64,000 nt of DNA from an uncultured Verrucomicrobiae bacterium (GCA_963788655.1 CAWBHS010000099.1:64001-128000); one strand, 5' to 3'; positions 39,139 to 49,438 are shown, numbered from the stretch's first letter. Notes: generated by a model not told the origin, from the sequence alone. A program made the numbers and translations.

Positions 39139-41852
39139 GAGGTGGACTTTCCTGCGCGGGCGGTTCCGATGCGTAGCGAACAAGTTACCAAGACGCCCCC
39201 TCGCGGCGCGGCCTCCAGACGAACGGTGGCGCCGATGGTGGCGGCGCGGTATTGCATGGTCCGCCAGCCCATGCCTCCATGCGCTGGTGGGCGACGGGGC
39301 AGGCCCCGGCCATCATCCTGCACCGTTAGGGTCACCCGGTTTGCCCGGTGGGCCAAATGAATCCGGATGCATTTGGCTTGGGCGTGCCGGAGCGCGTTCT
39401 GCACGGCTTCCTGGGCGATCCGAAAGAGATGCACGGCCGTGGCGTTGTCTTGAATCCGCACCGGCTGGGGGCAGACAAAGCGGCACGCGACCGGGTAGAT
39501 GTTGCTGACGCCGGCGGCCAATTCCCGCAACGCCGCCATGAGTCCATATTCATCGATGTCCACCGGCTGCAATCCGCGCGCCAGGTGTTGGGCCTGGGAC
39601 AGGGCTTGATCGAGCAAGTGCGTGATACGGGCGGCATCGGCGGCTTCCGCCACACCACGTTGCGCCAATTGATCATGCAGGACCTGACTCAGGTAGGCGA
39701 TGCCTCGCAAATGTTGGCTCAACCCGTCGTGCAGATCCTGGCCGAAGCGTCGCCGTTCCCGTTCGCTGATCTCCAGGACGGCCTCTTCCAATCGCTTGCG
39801 TTCGGTTATATCGAAGATCGTGCCGGCCGCGCCAATTCGGTTTCCCGCGCGGTCGATCAGCGGAGAAGAAGTCACCGACGCCCAGAACCGCTCGCCATTG
39901 CGGCGTTGGAGCCGCACTTCCACCCCATCGCGGGGCGTCGCACCCATGGTGATGAGATCATTCACCTGGCCAATCCGCTCCAGCTCCTCCGGGGGCCAAA
40001 ACACATAAGGCGTTCGCGATCCCAGTAACTCGTGAGCGCTCCAGCCAAGCATCGTGCAAAGCGCCGGGTTCACATAGATCAATCGTCCGTCCAAATCGAC
40101 CGCGGCAATCCCTGCTGGAATTGAGTTTTCGACGGCGGTGCGAAACGCGTGTTCGGTGCGCAACGCTTCTTCCGCTTGATGGCGCTCGGTTTGATCAAGA
40201 ATCACGCCGTCGAAATAGAGCAGCTTGCCCTCCTCATCGCTGATGGGCGTGCCCCGCTCCAACAAACAGCGCACGGCTCCATCTGGATGCCGGATGCGGT
40301 ATTCCAAAGTGAAGGGGCGTTTCAGCCGGGCAGCTTCTTTCAGCAACTTCCGCACGCGCGGACGGTCTTCGGGCAACATGATCGACTCGAGCGGACAGCA
40401 TTTGCCGCGCGACAGGCTTTCCGCCGGGTAACCGATAATCGCTTCGGAAGCCTTGCTGAAAAACTTGATTTGTTTGCCTTCGCGGGCGAACACGCGAAAG
40501 ACGATTCCGGGCAGGTTCTCCGTCAAGGTGCGGAAGGCCAGTTCCCGTTCTTGCAGAGCCTGGTTGGCCCGGTGGCTGTCGATCGATTGCGCCAGAATGT
40601 AGGCCGCCGCTTGTAGAAAATGGATGTCGTACGCGGTGAACTGGCGTCGTTGGGTGCAATGCGCACCCAGGATGCCAAAAGGTTGAGGGTGACCGCCAAT
40701 GATGACACTAACGCCGCTGACCATGCCGTGTTGCCGCAGCAAGGGCGGACAACGGAAGCGTTTTTCGGAGCGGAAGTCGTCCACAATGACCGGTCCCGCC
40801 GACCAAAGCGTGTATCCCGCCTGAGATTCGTAACCGGAACTGACTTTGGCATGGCCGACCCGACCTGGTTTCCAGCCCACGCCGGCCCGCAACCGGAGCA
40901 TTTTGCCATTGGGCTGAAGCTCCAATACTTTGCAGAACTCAACCTCCAGTGTTTCCGCGAGCAGAACCACGGCGCGGTCCAGCAGGTCGGAGAGGTTCTT
41001 GAACTCCTGGGCTTCCTGGCCCAAGCGCACCAGGGCGGCTTGTTGGTGGGAACGCTGGCGGAGCGCTTCTTCGACGCGTTTGCGGGCGGTGATGTCCTTG
41101 GAGTAACCGATCATTCCGGTCACCATCCCCTGGGCGTTTCGGAGCAGGGAAAGTGAAAGGTCGGCACAGAATGGTTCGCCGCACTTGCGCTGCATCCAGA
41201 CTTCAACGTTGTGTTGGCCTCTAGCTTTGAGCGGCTGGATCACCTCATTTTGCAGATAGGCATGTTGCTCCGGCGAGTAAACGAACGAGATGTGCTGGCC
41301 CAGGACCTCATTTGCCGGGTAGCCGAACATCCGTTCCGCCCCGCCGTTCCAACTCGTTACGTGGCCGTCCAGATCGGTGGACACGACCGCGTCGTGAATC
41401 TGGCTGATGATTTGGGCTTGCTGACGCCAAGCCTCCTCCGCCGGCAACGTTTGGCTGGGGGAGACGATTCGTCCGTCGCCGTCCACGGCCATAATCTTAT
41501 CGCCGGAAAAGTTGGGATATTGTGGCGCTGCCGACCGCGCGGACACGGCCGTCCGGGACGGCGGTCGTTTGCGATCCCCCTTCAGTTCAGTAAAAGGTTG
41601 GGCGGCCTTTTCCGATTTATGCAGAGCTTGGTTGTTTCGTTTCTGATTTGGACCTTCCATTCCGGACGTGCTCCCTTCTACGGGCCAAACCCGTCGGAAG
41701 AAATCTTGGGCAATTCTGCCCGCAGAAGCAATCGGGAATTCAGAGATTGCCTTGGGGGGAAGCGGCTCGCTCGGCGTTTGGCACCCGGCCTTGTGCGGCC
41801 CCAGGTCAGTTGCGGTTGGTTCCTGGGGTGGCTCCGTTTGGACCGGATCCAT
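39135..41852 (-). CDS. Cytoplasmic PAS-GAF-PAS-PAS sensor histidine kinase (HisKA_3)
   Basis: Three PAS domains, one GAF; ERERRRFGQDLHDGLSQHL, FRIAQEAVQNALRHA, VQDDGRG, GMGWRTM. Start uncertain. Confidence 0.88.
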   Translation of the reverse strand: MDPVQTEPPQEPTATDLGPHKAGCQTPSEPLPPKAISEFPIASAGRIAQDFFRRVWPVEGSTSGMEGPNQKRNNQALHKSEKAAQPFTELKGDRKRPPSRTAVSARSAAPQYPNFSGDKIMAVDGDGRIVSPSQTLPAEEAWRQQAQIISQIHDAVVSTDLDGHVTSWNGGAERMFGYPANEVLGQHISFVYSPEQHAYLQNEVIQPLKARGQHNVEVWMQRKCGEPFCADLSLSLLRNAQGMVTGMIGYSKDITARKRVEEALRQRSHQQAALVRLGQEAQEFKNLSDLLDRAVVLLAETLEVEFCKVLELQPNGKMLRLRAGVGWKPGRVGHAKVSSGYESQAGYTLWSAGPVIVDDFRSEKRFRCPPLLRQHGMVSGVSVIIGGHPQPFGILGAHCTQRRQFTAYDIHFLQAAAYILAQSIDSHRANQALQERELAFRTLTENLPGIVFRVFAREGKQIKFFSKASEAIIGYPAESLSRGKCCPLESIMLPEDRPRVRKLLKEAARLKRPFTLEYRIRHPDGAVRCLLERGTPISDEEGKLLYFDGVILDQTERHQAEEALRTEHAFRTAVENSIPAGIAAVDLDGRLIYVNPALCTMLGWSAHELLGSRTPYVFWPPEELERIGQVNDLITMGATPRDGVEVRLQRRNGERFWASVTSSPLIDRAGNRIGAAGTIFDITERKRLEEAVLEISERERRRFGQDLHDGLSQHLRGIAYLSQVLHDQLAQRGVAEAADAARITHLLDQALSQAQHLARGLQPVDIDEYGLMAALRELAAGVSNIYPVACRFVCPQPVRIQDNATAVHLFRIAQEAVQNALRHAQAKCIRIHLAHRANRVTLTVQDDGRGLPRRPPAHGGMGWRTMQYRAATIGATVRLEAAPRGGVLVTCSLRIGTARAGKSTS

Positions 41853-41931
41853 CGTCGGGTTGTGAGCTTTCGCGCCCATCGTCGAACGGAACGTGAATTT
41901 TAAGTGGTTCTTCGGGAAAGTCCCGAGGCGA

Positions 41932-42279
41932 CTAGGATTTCTTGAAATCGCGGAGGTATTGAACCAAGGCTTTGATTTCCTCGTCGGAAAGCTTCTTGCC
42001 ATAGGCCTTCATCTTCTTCCGGCCGTCTTTCTCGACACCGTCTTTGATTTTCATAACCGCCTCTGCATCCGTAAACGAAGCCTGCACCTTGGGATCGGTA
42101 TAATCCACGGCGCCGAGCTTGGCTCCAATGCGGGTGGGTACGCCGTCTTTGCCATGACACTTGGCGCAGGTTTTATCCCAGGTTGCCTGGGCACTCTTCT
42201 CCGCGCCGAAACCAGCCGTTGCCCCGATGGTCGCGCAGGTGATGAATACGGTAAGGGGAATCCATTGTTGCATTTTCAT
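41932..42279 (-). CDS. Small class I cytochrome c
   Basis: Signal peptide, single CAKCH heme motif, distal KMKAY Met ligand, LSDEEIKALVQYLR. Confidence 0.9.
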   Translation of the reverse strand: MKMQQWIPLTVFITCATIGATAGFGAEKSAQATWDKTCAKCHGKDGVPTRIGAKLGAVDYTDPKVQASFTDAEAVMKIKDGVEKDGRKKMKAYGKKLSDEEIKALVQYLRDFKKS

Positions 42280-42632
42280 ATTTTGTATCTCTGGTTCTTG
42301 AGGCTCGTGCTTCGTGCCGCATGGCTCCCAACACGTTGGGCAGTTGTTTGGTCTTGCTCGTTCGTTCGCTCGTTATCAAGTTCAGTTGCGCGCGCAAGCG
42401 GTCGCCACGTGAACGCGTCATGCGCCCGTCCGGGCGAGGGCCGTCTTGCCCCACACCTGGATTTCCTACTCGTACGCTTCCGCCGACAGCAATGCGGTCT
42501 TCGTCCGCATTGGCATTAAGGGAGATTCTTAGAGCGGATAAGGATGTGCCAATTCGACGCCTTGGCTTTCCAACCCGGCGACAATCAACTGAGCGCCAAA
42601 CTGAGATTGGATCCCTTAGCCGTGACTATTCA

Positions 42633-42765
42633 GTAGGACAGGCGTCCCGCCTGTCCCGAACGAGTGCAAACCAACAACTTGTATCACGGCGCCGTGAGTA
42701 TTTCTATGTCACCAAACGGTGAGGATGCCTTCGGCTATTCGAGACAGGCGAGACGCCTATCCTAC
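42633..42765. repeat. GTAG-type REP-like inverted doublet
   Basis: gtaggacaggcgtcccgcctgtccc ... gagacaggcgagacgcctatcctac. Confidence 0.75.
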
Positions 42766-42812
42766 CACGCCGAACTGCCTCATCGCAGCACCAGCCACTG
42801 AATTGATACGGC

Positions 42813-43574
42813 TTACGACGTTGGACGATTAACAGTTCCCTCAAGGAGGTTGGCCTCCTGGGCGGTGAGGGCGAGGAACGTCTGCTCAAGCGGACCTTCC
42901 GCCCCACTTTGCCGCCGCAGTTCCTCACGCGTGCCCACCGCGATCAGCCGCCCGTGGTGCATGATCCCAATCCGGTCGGCCATTTCCTCGGCCACACTCA
43001 GTTGATGGGTGGACAGGAAGACCGTCATCCCCGCCAGGGATCGTTCCTTGAGCACGTCTTTGACCGTGCGGGCGTGATGGGGATCCAGACCGACCATTGG
43101 TTCGTCAATCACAAATACCTCGGGCTCGTGCAACAGGGCGGAGACGATGGCCACGCGCTGGCGGGTGCCATGGGACAAGCCGTCGATGGCCTTGTTGGCA
43201 AAGGGAACCAGATTGAACCGCTCGATCAACTCACGGCCGGCCGAGGCAATTCGCGGTTCGGGCATGCGAAACATTTGGCCCGTGAACCGCAGGAATTCCC
43301 ACGCCGTCAATTTGTCATACAGAAACGGAAAATCCGGCACGTAGGCCAACCGTTTGCGGACTTCCAACGGTTCGGCCTGCACGTCGAAGCCGCCGACCCG
43401 TGCCGTGCCGGACGTGGGTTTGATCAGGCCGGTGAGGACCTTGATGGTGGTCGTTTTGCCGGCAGCGTTGGGGCCGAGCAGGGCGAAGAATTCACCCTGC
43501 GGAACCGTCAGCGACAGGTCGTTGACCGCCACCAGGTCGCCAAATTTCTTGGAGATGTTCAGCAGTTCGATCAT
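42813..43574 (-). CDS. ABC transporter ATP-binding protein
   Basis: GPNAAGKTT, LSHGTRQR, IDEPMVGLDP, STH. Confidence 0.93.
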   Translation of the reverse strand: MIELLNISKKFGDLVAVNDLSLTVPQGEFFALLGPNAAGKTTTIKVLTGLIKPTSGTARVGGFDVQAEPLEVRKRLAYVPDFPFLYDKLTAWEFLRFTGQMFRMPEPRIASAGRELIERFNLVPFANKAIDGLSHGTRQRVAIVSALLHEPEVFVIDEPMVGLDPHHARTVKDVLKERSLAGMTVFLSTHQLSVAEEMADRIGIMHHGRLIAVGTREELRRQSGAEGPLEQTFLALTAQEANLLEGTVNRPTS

Positions 43575-43582
43575 GGCAGCGA

Positions 43583-44401
43583 TTACTGAAGACCCATCAG
43601 CCCGTCATTATACAGCAGGATATGGGGTGGCAATTCGATCCGAATGATTTCGCCGACGGGGCTGATGAACAACCGGGCCCGGTATTTGCCGAGCAACCGC
43701 ACGTCCACGCGATAGACCCGCAGGCGCGCATTGCGGAACTGCAACCAATCGTTGCGCGTTTCCCATTCGAGCCCGAGCGTGGCCAGCGAAACCTGGCCCA
43801 TCCCAAACGGCAGGCCCATCGTGGCCAGCACGCCCGGGGGCAGGGGCAATCCCACGTCGTTCACCAGACTTTCCAGATGCCGTGGGTCGGACAACCGGTA
43901 GTCGCGATTTACCGGTTGGCCGTCGCCGTCATGGCGGAAGTGCAACGTTTGCTGGGCGGGATTCACGCGGAGTTCCCAAACTTCCGGACGGACCCGCATC
44001 ACGGCGACGAATTCTTCGAGGGCTTGATTGGTGTTCAAGCGCAGGTGCAGACTGAACTTCAAACGGCGCTCTTCGCCCAGGGACAAGTTTCCGTCCACGT
44101 CCAGCGTGTAACCCGTCAAGCGTTTGACCATGCCTTCCGGCGACCGTTCATCGGTGAGGCTTGGGCCGGTCGCGGCGGATTGGCTCACATTGGGCGCCCA
44201 AGTGCAATAGCCAATGGAAGCGTCTCGATAGGCGATGGCCAGCCGGGAGTTTTCCGGAGCCGTGAGCAGCTTGCGCCAGACGACTTCCGCCGGTACTGGG
44301 GTGGTGAAATGCCCTTGCGGGCTGAATTCCGAGCGCCACAAGAGCACGTTCATCGCGAGGAAGAACAGCGTCACGAAGGAGAAGAAAATGCGAAATCGCA
44401 T
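43583..44401 (-). CDS. Hypothetical membrane-anchored protein
   Basis: N-terminal TM (IFFSFVTLFFLAMNVLLW), beta-rich body; 7-8 bp gaps to both neighbours on the same strand. Confidence 0.7.
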   Translation of the reverse strand: MRFRIFFSFVTLFFLAMNVLLWRSEFSPQGHFTTPVPAEVVWRKLLTAPENSRLAIAYRDASIGYCTWAPNVSQSAATGPSLTDERSPEGMVKRLTGYTLDVDGNLSLGEERRLKFSLHLRLNTNQALEEFVAVMRVRPEVWELRVNPAQQTLHFRHDGDGQPVNRDYRLSDPRHLESLVNDVGLPLPPGVLATMGLPFGMGQVSLATLGLEWETRNDWLQFRNARLRVYRVDVRLLGKYRARLFISPVGEIIRIELPPHILLYNDGLMGLQ

Positions 44402-44408
44402 GCCGGAG

Positions 44409-45194
44409 CTAAGGAATATTCACCGACTGCCCGACGAGCATGTGCCGGGGATCCAATCCCGGATTGGCGGCCCGCAACGCGGAGAGCGAAACCCGATAGC
44501 GTCGCGACAACGCCATGAGGGTTTCGCCTTTCTTGATGCGATGGATCTTCTTCGTACCGGGGGCGGAGGCAGCTTCGTCAGTCGATGAACGTGACTCGTT
44601 GCGATTCGACCGCGTCCGATGGTTCGCACTGGCGCGTTCCGAGTCAGGATCGTGGTTACGGGTGGTGGACGCTCCATCCGTTTGCCGGGGCGCATAAGTT
44701 TGCTGGAGCCGGACGCTGTTGCGTTTCCACCAGTCGGCCCAGCCTTCCAGGTATTGCCGCAACTGTTGGTTCTCTTTGCGGAGCCGCTCGATCTCGCGCA
44801 TGGCCGTCGGATTCAACGTGGCCAGGGTATCGTCCTTGAGCATTTCCAATTTGCAGCCCGGAATGCGTTGCCGGGCGTTTTGCGCGGGATAGGCGTTGTG
44901 CGGGCGCAACTTGAGCACCTTGCTGTAGTGGTAAATGGCGGCCGGGTAGTCATTCTCGTGCTGCTCGTACAGCACCCCCAATTCGTAATGCGCCAGCGCG
45001 GATCGCGGATTGACTTCCAACGCTTTTTCGAAGGCCTCGATGGCGCCTTTGTAATCACGCGCCGCCGCGCGATCTTTGCCCGCCACAAAATACGGGTTCT
45101 TTTCCTCGTCCTGGGTGCTGGCAGTGGGAAAACACCCGCCCAGGAAGAGGCTCATCGCCAGCAAGGCGGCGCCGAACCACGATTTAAAAACCAT
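44409..45194 (-). CDS. TPR + LysM lipoprotein
   Basis: Lipobox LGGC; TPRs (AIEAFEKALEVNPRSALAHYELGVLY); C-terminal LysM HRIKKGETLMALSRRYRVSLSALRAANPG...VGQSVNIP. Confidence 0.88.
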   Translation of the reverse strand: MVFKSWFGAALLAMSLFLGGCFPTASTQDEEKNPYFVAGKDRAAARDYKGAIEAFEKALEVNPRSALAHYELGVLYEQHENDYPAAIYHYSKVLKLRPHNAYPAQNARQRIPGCKLEMLKDDTLATLNPTAMREIERLRKENQQLRQYLEGWADWWKRNSVRLQQTYAPRQTDGASTTRNHDPDSERASANHRTRSNRNESRSSTDEAASAPGTKKIHRIKKGETLMALSRRYRVSLSALRAANPGLDPRHMLVGQSVNIP

Positions 45195-45440
45195 GGCAAA
45201 ACCCTAAACAAACCGGAGGCACCGTGCAATGATGGGTTGCGGAAAAGAGCGTTTGAAGCCCAAAATCAAAAGGCCGATATCCGAACGGAAGCCGAAATCC
45301 TAACTTGGCGTAGCCAGCACCAAAAACTCCAATTCGCGTTAAAATATTTGCGAAACGATTACTGCTGGATGGAGCGGTTCCGGTGATGGGGAACAACCGG
45401 GACGGCTATCGTGCATCGCATTCACCTCCCGTCCGGGAAG

Positions 45441-46199
45441 TTAGCCACCACTTCGCACTGGCGGCTTCGGATGGGTGGAAAGAGCGGCGGACGACAGCAG
45501 ACTGCGGATTTCAGCGGCGGTCAACACGCGCCATTTGCCGGGCGGCAACTCGCCCAGCTTGATCGGGCCAATGCGAATTCGGCGCAAGGCCTCCACCGTC
45601 AGGCCCAGCGCGGTGAACATCCGGCGGACTTCACGATACTTGCCCTCCCGGAGCATCAGTTCGACGACGCTGTGGGTATTGTTGGCTTCCAACAAGCGCG
45701 TCTGCTCGGCCTTCAGAAAATCTCCCTGGTCACGGAGGCCCCGGGTCAACGGCTGCAGGACAGCCGCTTCCACCCGGCCGGCCACAACCGCGACATAGGT
45801 CTTGTGCATGCCATAGCGGGGATGCGTCAGGCGCAGACAGAATTCACCATCATTGGTGAGTAAGAGCAATCCCTCGGTGTCGCGATCCAACCGGCCAACG
45901 GGATACAAGTCCGACCATTCCTCTGGCAGCAGCTTGAAGACGGTGCGCCGTCCTTCCGGGTCGCGGCGCGTGCAAATGTAGCCGCGGGGTTTGTGGAGTG
46001 CCACATACAGCCGGCGTTTGGCCCGGACCGGATCGCCATTGACGGCCACCCGGTCATGTTCGGGATCGACTTGGGAGCCCAAGGCCGTGACGGCGTGGCC
46101 ATTGACAGTTACGCGCCCCTCGACAATCAGACGTTCGCTCGCGCGGCGCGAGGCCACGCCGGCTTGAGCCAAGTATTTTTGCAGACGCATGGTTGCCAT
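45441..46199 (-). CDS. rluB: rRNA pseudouridine synthase (RluB/RsuA family, S4 domain)
   Basis: RLQKYLAQAGVASRR S4 domain; HKPRG; PVGRLDRDTEGLLLLTNDG; EGKYREVRRMF. Confidence 0.85.
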   Translation of the reverse strand: MATMRLQKYLAQAGVASRRASERLIVEGRVTVNGHAVTALGSQVDPEHDRVAVNGDPVRAKRRLYVALHKPRGYICTRRDPEGRRTVFKLLPEEWSDLYPVGRLDRDTEGLLLLTNDGEFCLRLTHPRYGMHKTYVAVVAGRVEAAVLQPLTRGLRDQGDFLKAEQTRLLEANNTHSVVELMLREGKYREVRRMFTALGLTVEALRRIRIGPIKLGELPPGKWRVLTAAEIRSLLSSAALSTHPKPPVRSGG

Positions 46200-46231
46200 A
46201 GTCTTGTCGCTCTCCGCGGGTTGATCCGCCG

Positions 46232-46987
46232 CTAAAGTGTGCGCACCCGGATCTCCTTGAAACGCATCCGCAGTTCGTCACCGGTGTGCAGTTGCAGGGC
46301 GAAATGGCCCACGCGACCGACGTTGTGTTTGACGTGCGCGGCATTGTCCAGCACCCCCTGGCCGTTCCAATCGGTCATAACCACGCCGTTGAGGAGCGTC
46401 TTGATGTGGGTTCCCTGGCAGACGAGCGTGAGTTCATTCCATCCGTCGCCGTCTTCGGCATACTTGAACACGTAGTGCGCCGGCTTGAATCGGGGCTCCA
46501 TCGCCGAGTTTTTGAGGCTGGGAGAAATCCACCGGCGTTCTTCGCGCGTCTCGTCGTAGATGAGCCCGGTGCGCCAGGACATGGGCGGCGGCGGATGGAT
46601 GTCCACCTGCGGACCGTCCAACCAGCCGCCATTGGCGGTCGGATCAAACCGGCTGCGGAATTGCAAGCCGCTGTTGCCGGGGCAATCCTTGTAAGCTTGG
46701 AATTTAAGCTGCAACTCGAAGTCGCCGAACTCCGCGTCGCTCAGCAGCCAGACATAGTTGTGGTTTTTACGCCCCATCGAATCGCAAAGGATTGTGCCCT
46801 GGTCCACCTTCCAAAAAGATTTGCCCAGGTCCTGGGGTTGGCATTTGACGGTCCACCCGGAAAGATCGTGGCCGTTGAATAGTGGCGTCCACTGGTCCGG
46901 CGGCGTTTCAGCGAAGGCCGTCACCGCGAGCGACAAACTGGCAAACAAGCGCAACGAGTAACGGAATGGTGGGCGAGGTGACTTCAT
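46232..46987 (-). CDS. DUF1080 (3-keto-disaccharide hydrolase-like) exported protein
   Basis: WTPLFNGHDLSGW, FGDFELQLKF, GNSGLQFRS, GWNEL, GHFALQLH, FKEIRVR. Confidence 0.88.
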   Translation of the reverse strand: MKSPRPPFRYSLRLFASLSLAVTAFAETPPDQWTPLFNGHDLSGWTVKCQPQDLGKSFWKVDQGTILCDSMGRKNHNYVWLLSDAEFGDFELQLKFQAYKDCPGNSGLQFRSRFDPTANGGWLDGPQVDIHPPPPMSWRTGLIYDETREERRWISPSLKNSAMEPRFKPAHYVFKYAEDGDGWNELTLVCQGTHIKTLLNGVVMTDWNGQGVLDNAAHVKHNVGRVGHFALQLHTGDELRMRFKEIRVRTL

Positions 46988-47080
46988 GAGTGTTTCGTTT
47001 TTTCGGTGAAGTTAGCGTCAGTGGTGGCATCGCGTAAAGTGAACTCTGCGGCTGATGGTTGCTCAACCCCGAGTCAGCAT

Positions 47081-47251
47081 GGTAGGGCAAGACTCCGTCG
47101 AGCCCTGACTTCCCCGGGGTGCGTTCGCCAATGGAATGCCAAGCAAAGGGAGATCTTTGATGTTCGAATACTGATGACTTTCCGCGTTAACCCCGCCGGG
47201 GCGATTGAAACGATGCGAGAAAGTCAGGACTCGACGGAGTCTCGTCCCACC
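47081..47251. repeat. GGTAG-type REP-like inverted doublet
   Basis: ggtagggcaagactccgtcgagccctgactt ... aagtcaggactcgacggagtctcgtcccacc. Confidence 0.75.
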
Positions 47252-47333
47252 GGGGCGCTGCCTTGCGCTGCCTTGAATACGCCTCCCCACGATGCCGTCA
47301 GACCAGCAGAATCAACAACGCAATTCGGAGGAC

Positions 47334-48053
47334 ATGATGATGATGCGGATTTGCTATGCGGTTATGATGGTGGCGATCTTCGCCGGCAGCACTTGGGCGG
47401 CTGAGCGCCCCACGTTCAATGATAAAGATTTCCAGGAACAAATCCGTTCCCTGAAAAACGAGCACCGGGCTGAGGAACGACAGCGTCGCGCCCACGGCAT
47501 GATTCCGGGCCATCGGTTTTCCAGCCAACAAGTCAAGGCCATCGCGGCGCAGTTGAAGGATGACGCGGCGCGTCTCGATTTTGCCACGGCAGCCTATCCG
47601 CTTACGGTGGATCCGGAGAATTTCTATGACGTGTACGATGCGTTCACCACGTTTTCTCACGTCATGCGGCTGCACGACCGCATTCAGTCCCGGCACCGAC
47701 CGGCTACGGCTCCGGTGGTAATGGTGCCGCGGGTCATTTCGGATGACGATATGAAGGACATCCTTGGCGCGATTCGGAAGGAGTCCTTCGACAACACTAA
47801 AATGCAACTGGCCCGGCAGATCGTGGGCAGCAGTCGAGGCAATTTCCTGTCACGCCAAATCAAGGAGCTCTGCGCTTGTTTTTCGTTCGACAACGCCCGG
47901 TTGGAATTCGCCAAGTTCGCCTACGACTACACGCTCGACCAGGAGAAGTATTTTCTGGTGAACGACGCCTTCAGCTTCACCAGCAACAAAGAAGTCTTGT
48001 CGCGCTACGTCGAGTCCCGGAAACAGGACCCGCCGGCTGGCCGCCGACGTTGA
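47334..48053 (+). CDS. Exported protein with two DUF4476-like domains
   Basis: GGAGGA directly before the ATG run; signal peptide; duplicated FSSQQVK..DDAARLDFA..AY..TVDPENF / FLSRQIK..FSFDNARLEFAKFAYDYTLDQEKY. Confidence 0.75.
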   Translation: MMMMRICYAVMMVAIFAGSTWAAERPTFNDKDFQEQIRSLKNEHRAEERQRRAHGMIPGHRFSSQQVKAIAAQLKDDAARLDFATAAYPLTVDPENFYDVYDAFTTFSHVMRLHDRIQSRHRPATAPVVMVPRVISDDDMKDILGAIRKESFDNTKMQLARQIVGSSRGNFLSRQIKELCACFSFDNARLEFAKFAYDYTLDQEKYFLVNDAFSFTSNKEVLSRYVESRKQDPPAGRRR

Positions 48054-48136
48054 TGAGCTAGGAACGCGTAAAAAAACTGGGCACGCGAGGAGGGAATCTC
48101 TTCCTTCTCCTTGCACATGACCTTGGTCATTGTTCG

Positions 48137-49438
48137 CTACGGTTTGGACACCAAACGGAAAAACCGTGGCGGTCCTGAGAGCGGAACGATCAGCGATTGA
48201 CTGCCACCCGCAAACGCTGCCGCACCCGATACGGGGCTCCAGTCCTCGGCCGACAGACTGCTGGCGGATTGGAGGACGACATTGGAGGCTTCGGCCCGCC
48301 ATTCAACCAATGCGGTTTCTCCCAGCCGGCGAATCTGCAACCGGGGCGACGACGCGAGCAAGACCGGCACCTCAAACGTCTCCTCGTTCCTGAGTAACTT
48401 GGCCTCCTGGGCGTCGTAAATGGTGGCCCATCGTGCCGCCGACGCCGAGGTGGAAGGGTGACTGGCTTTCACCAACAGCAAATGATCGTAGTTGTTGAAG
48501 CCGGCGTCCCAGGCGAATTGCACCCGGCCAGCCGGGTCGGTGCGCTGATCAACGATCAATTCACTTTCGTAGGGCGGGAAACTTCGAACCTTCCATACCT
48601 TGACAAGGGCGCCGGCCAGCGGGGTCCCGGTCACGGTGTCAGCCACCAGCACTCGAGTTCGACTGAGCTCGGGCAATGTGCTGTTCAGCGACCACCGCAC
48701 GCGCGCATTGATCACTGCCGCCGTGACGTCCGCGAAACGCACCTGGGTCATCAGGTTCGAATAGGTCGAGGCCGTTTGAAAAAGGGTGAGCGGATCAGCG
48801 AGATAATCGGCGTGCATTGACCAAAACGGATCGTCGGGTTGCCTGAAGTCAATCGAGACTTGCGGCAAGTCCGGCGTGGGATCATTCACTGTGAGCAGGT
48901 TGTAATACTCCCCGACTCCGGCCCCGAAGATATGTTCGATCTCGTGGATCAAATGGTGCAACTGGCGGCAATACTCCAGCAGTCCGTCCGAACTCGCTTG
49001 GTTTTTCAGTGCCGATCGGTCATGTACCGCATCCCAATGGAGGTCTGCCGCCACGCCGGCGCAACTGTCATCGAACGCCATGAATCCACCGTAGCTGGTG
49101 AAGCCCGGCAGACTGGATGGCAGCACGTGCGCCCAGATTTCATAGTTCGGATCGGAACAATTCCCGGCATGGCCGCTGTAAGGAAGTCCGGCGGTGATCG
49201 TCACGTCCGCGGTGGGATCGAACGTAAAACGCCGGATGGTTTGTTTGGCGAAAATAGTATTCAGATCCTCGACATACAACGCGAGCCGGCGCTGCAATTC
49301 ACCGGGGGAAAGCCCGTTCGCCAGGTCGGGGTGCAGGAAGAATCGGAAGCGATGCCATTGGAGATGCTCTTGCGCCACCGCTTCCTGAAAAAGCAGCATG
49401 CTCAAGATTATCACAATCCATGTTCGCGCTATCTTCAC
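48137..49438 (-). CDS. Secreted HExxH zinc-metallopeptidase-like protein with a C-terminal Ig-like domain
   Basis: Signal peptide after GTG 49438 (start uncertain); LIHEIEHIFGAGVGEYY; C-terminal domain ending RFFRLVSKP. Confidence 0.65.
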   Translation of the reverse strand: MKIARTWIVIILSMLLFQEAVAQEHLQWHRFRFFLHPDLANGLSPGELQRRLALYVEDLNTIFAKQTIRRFTFDPTADVTITAGLPYSGHAGNCSDPNYEIWAHVLPSSLPGFTSYGGFMAFDDSCAGVAADLHWDAVHDRSALKNQASSDGLLEYCRQLHHLIHEIEHIFGAGVGEYYNLLTVNDPTPDLPQVSIDFRQPDDPFWSMHADYLADPLTLFQTASTYSNLMTQVRFADVTAAVINARVRWSLNSTLPELSRTRVLVADTVTGTPLAGALVKVWKVRSFPPYESELIVDQRTDPAGRVQFAWDAGFNNYDHLLLVKASHPSTSASAARWATIYDAQEAKLLRNEETFEVPVLLASSPRLQIRRLGETALVEWRAEASNVVLQSASSLSAEDWSPVSGAAAFAGGSQSLIVPLSGPPRFFRLVSKP

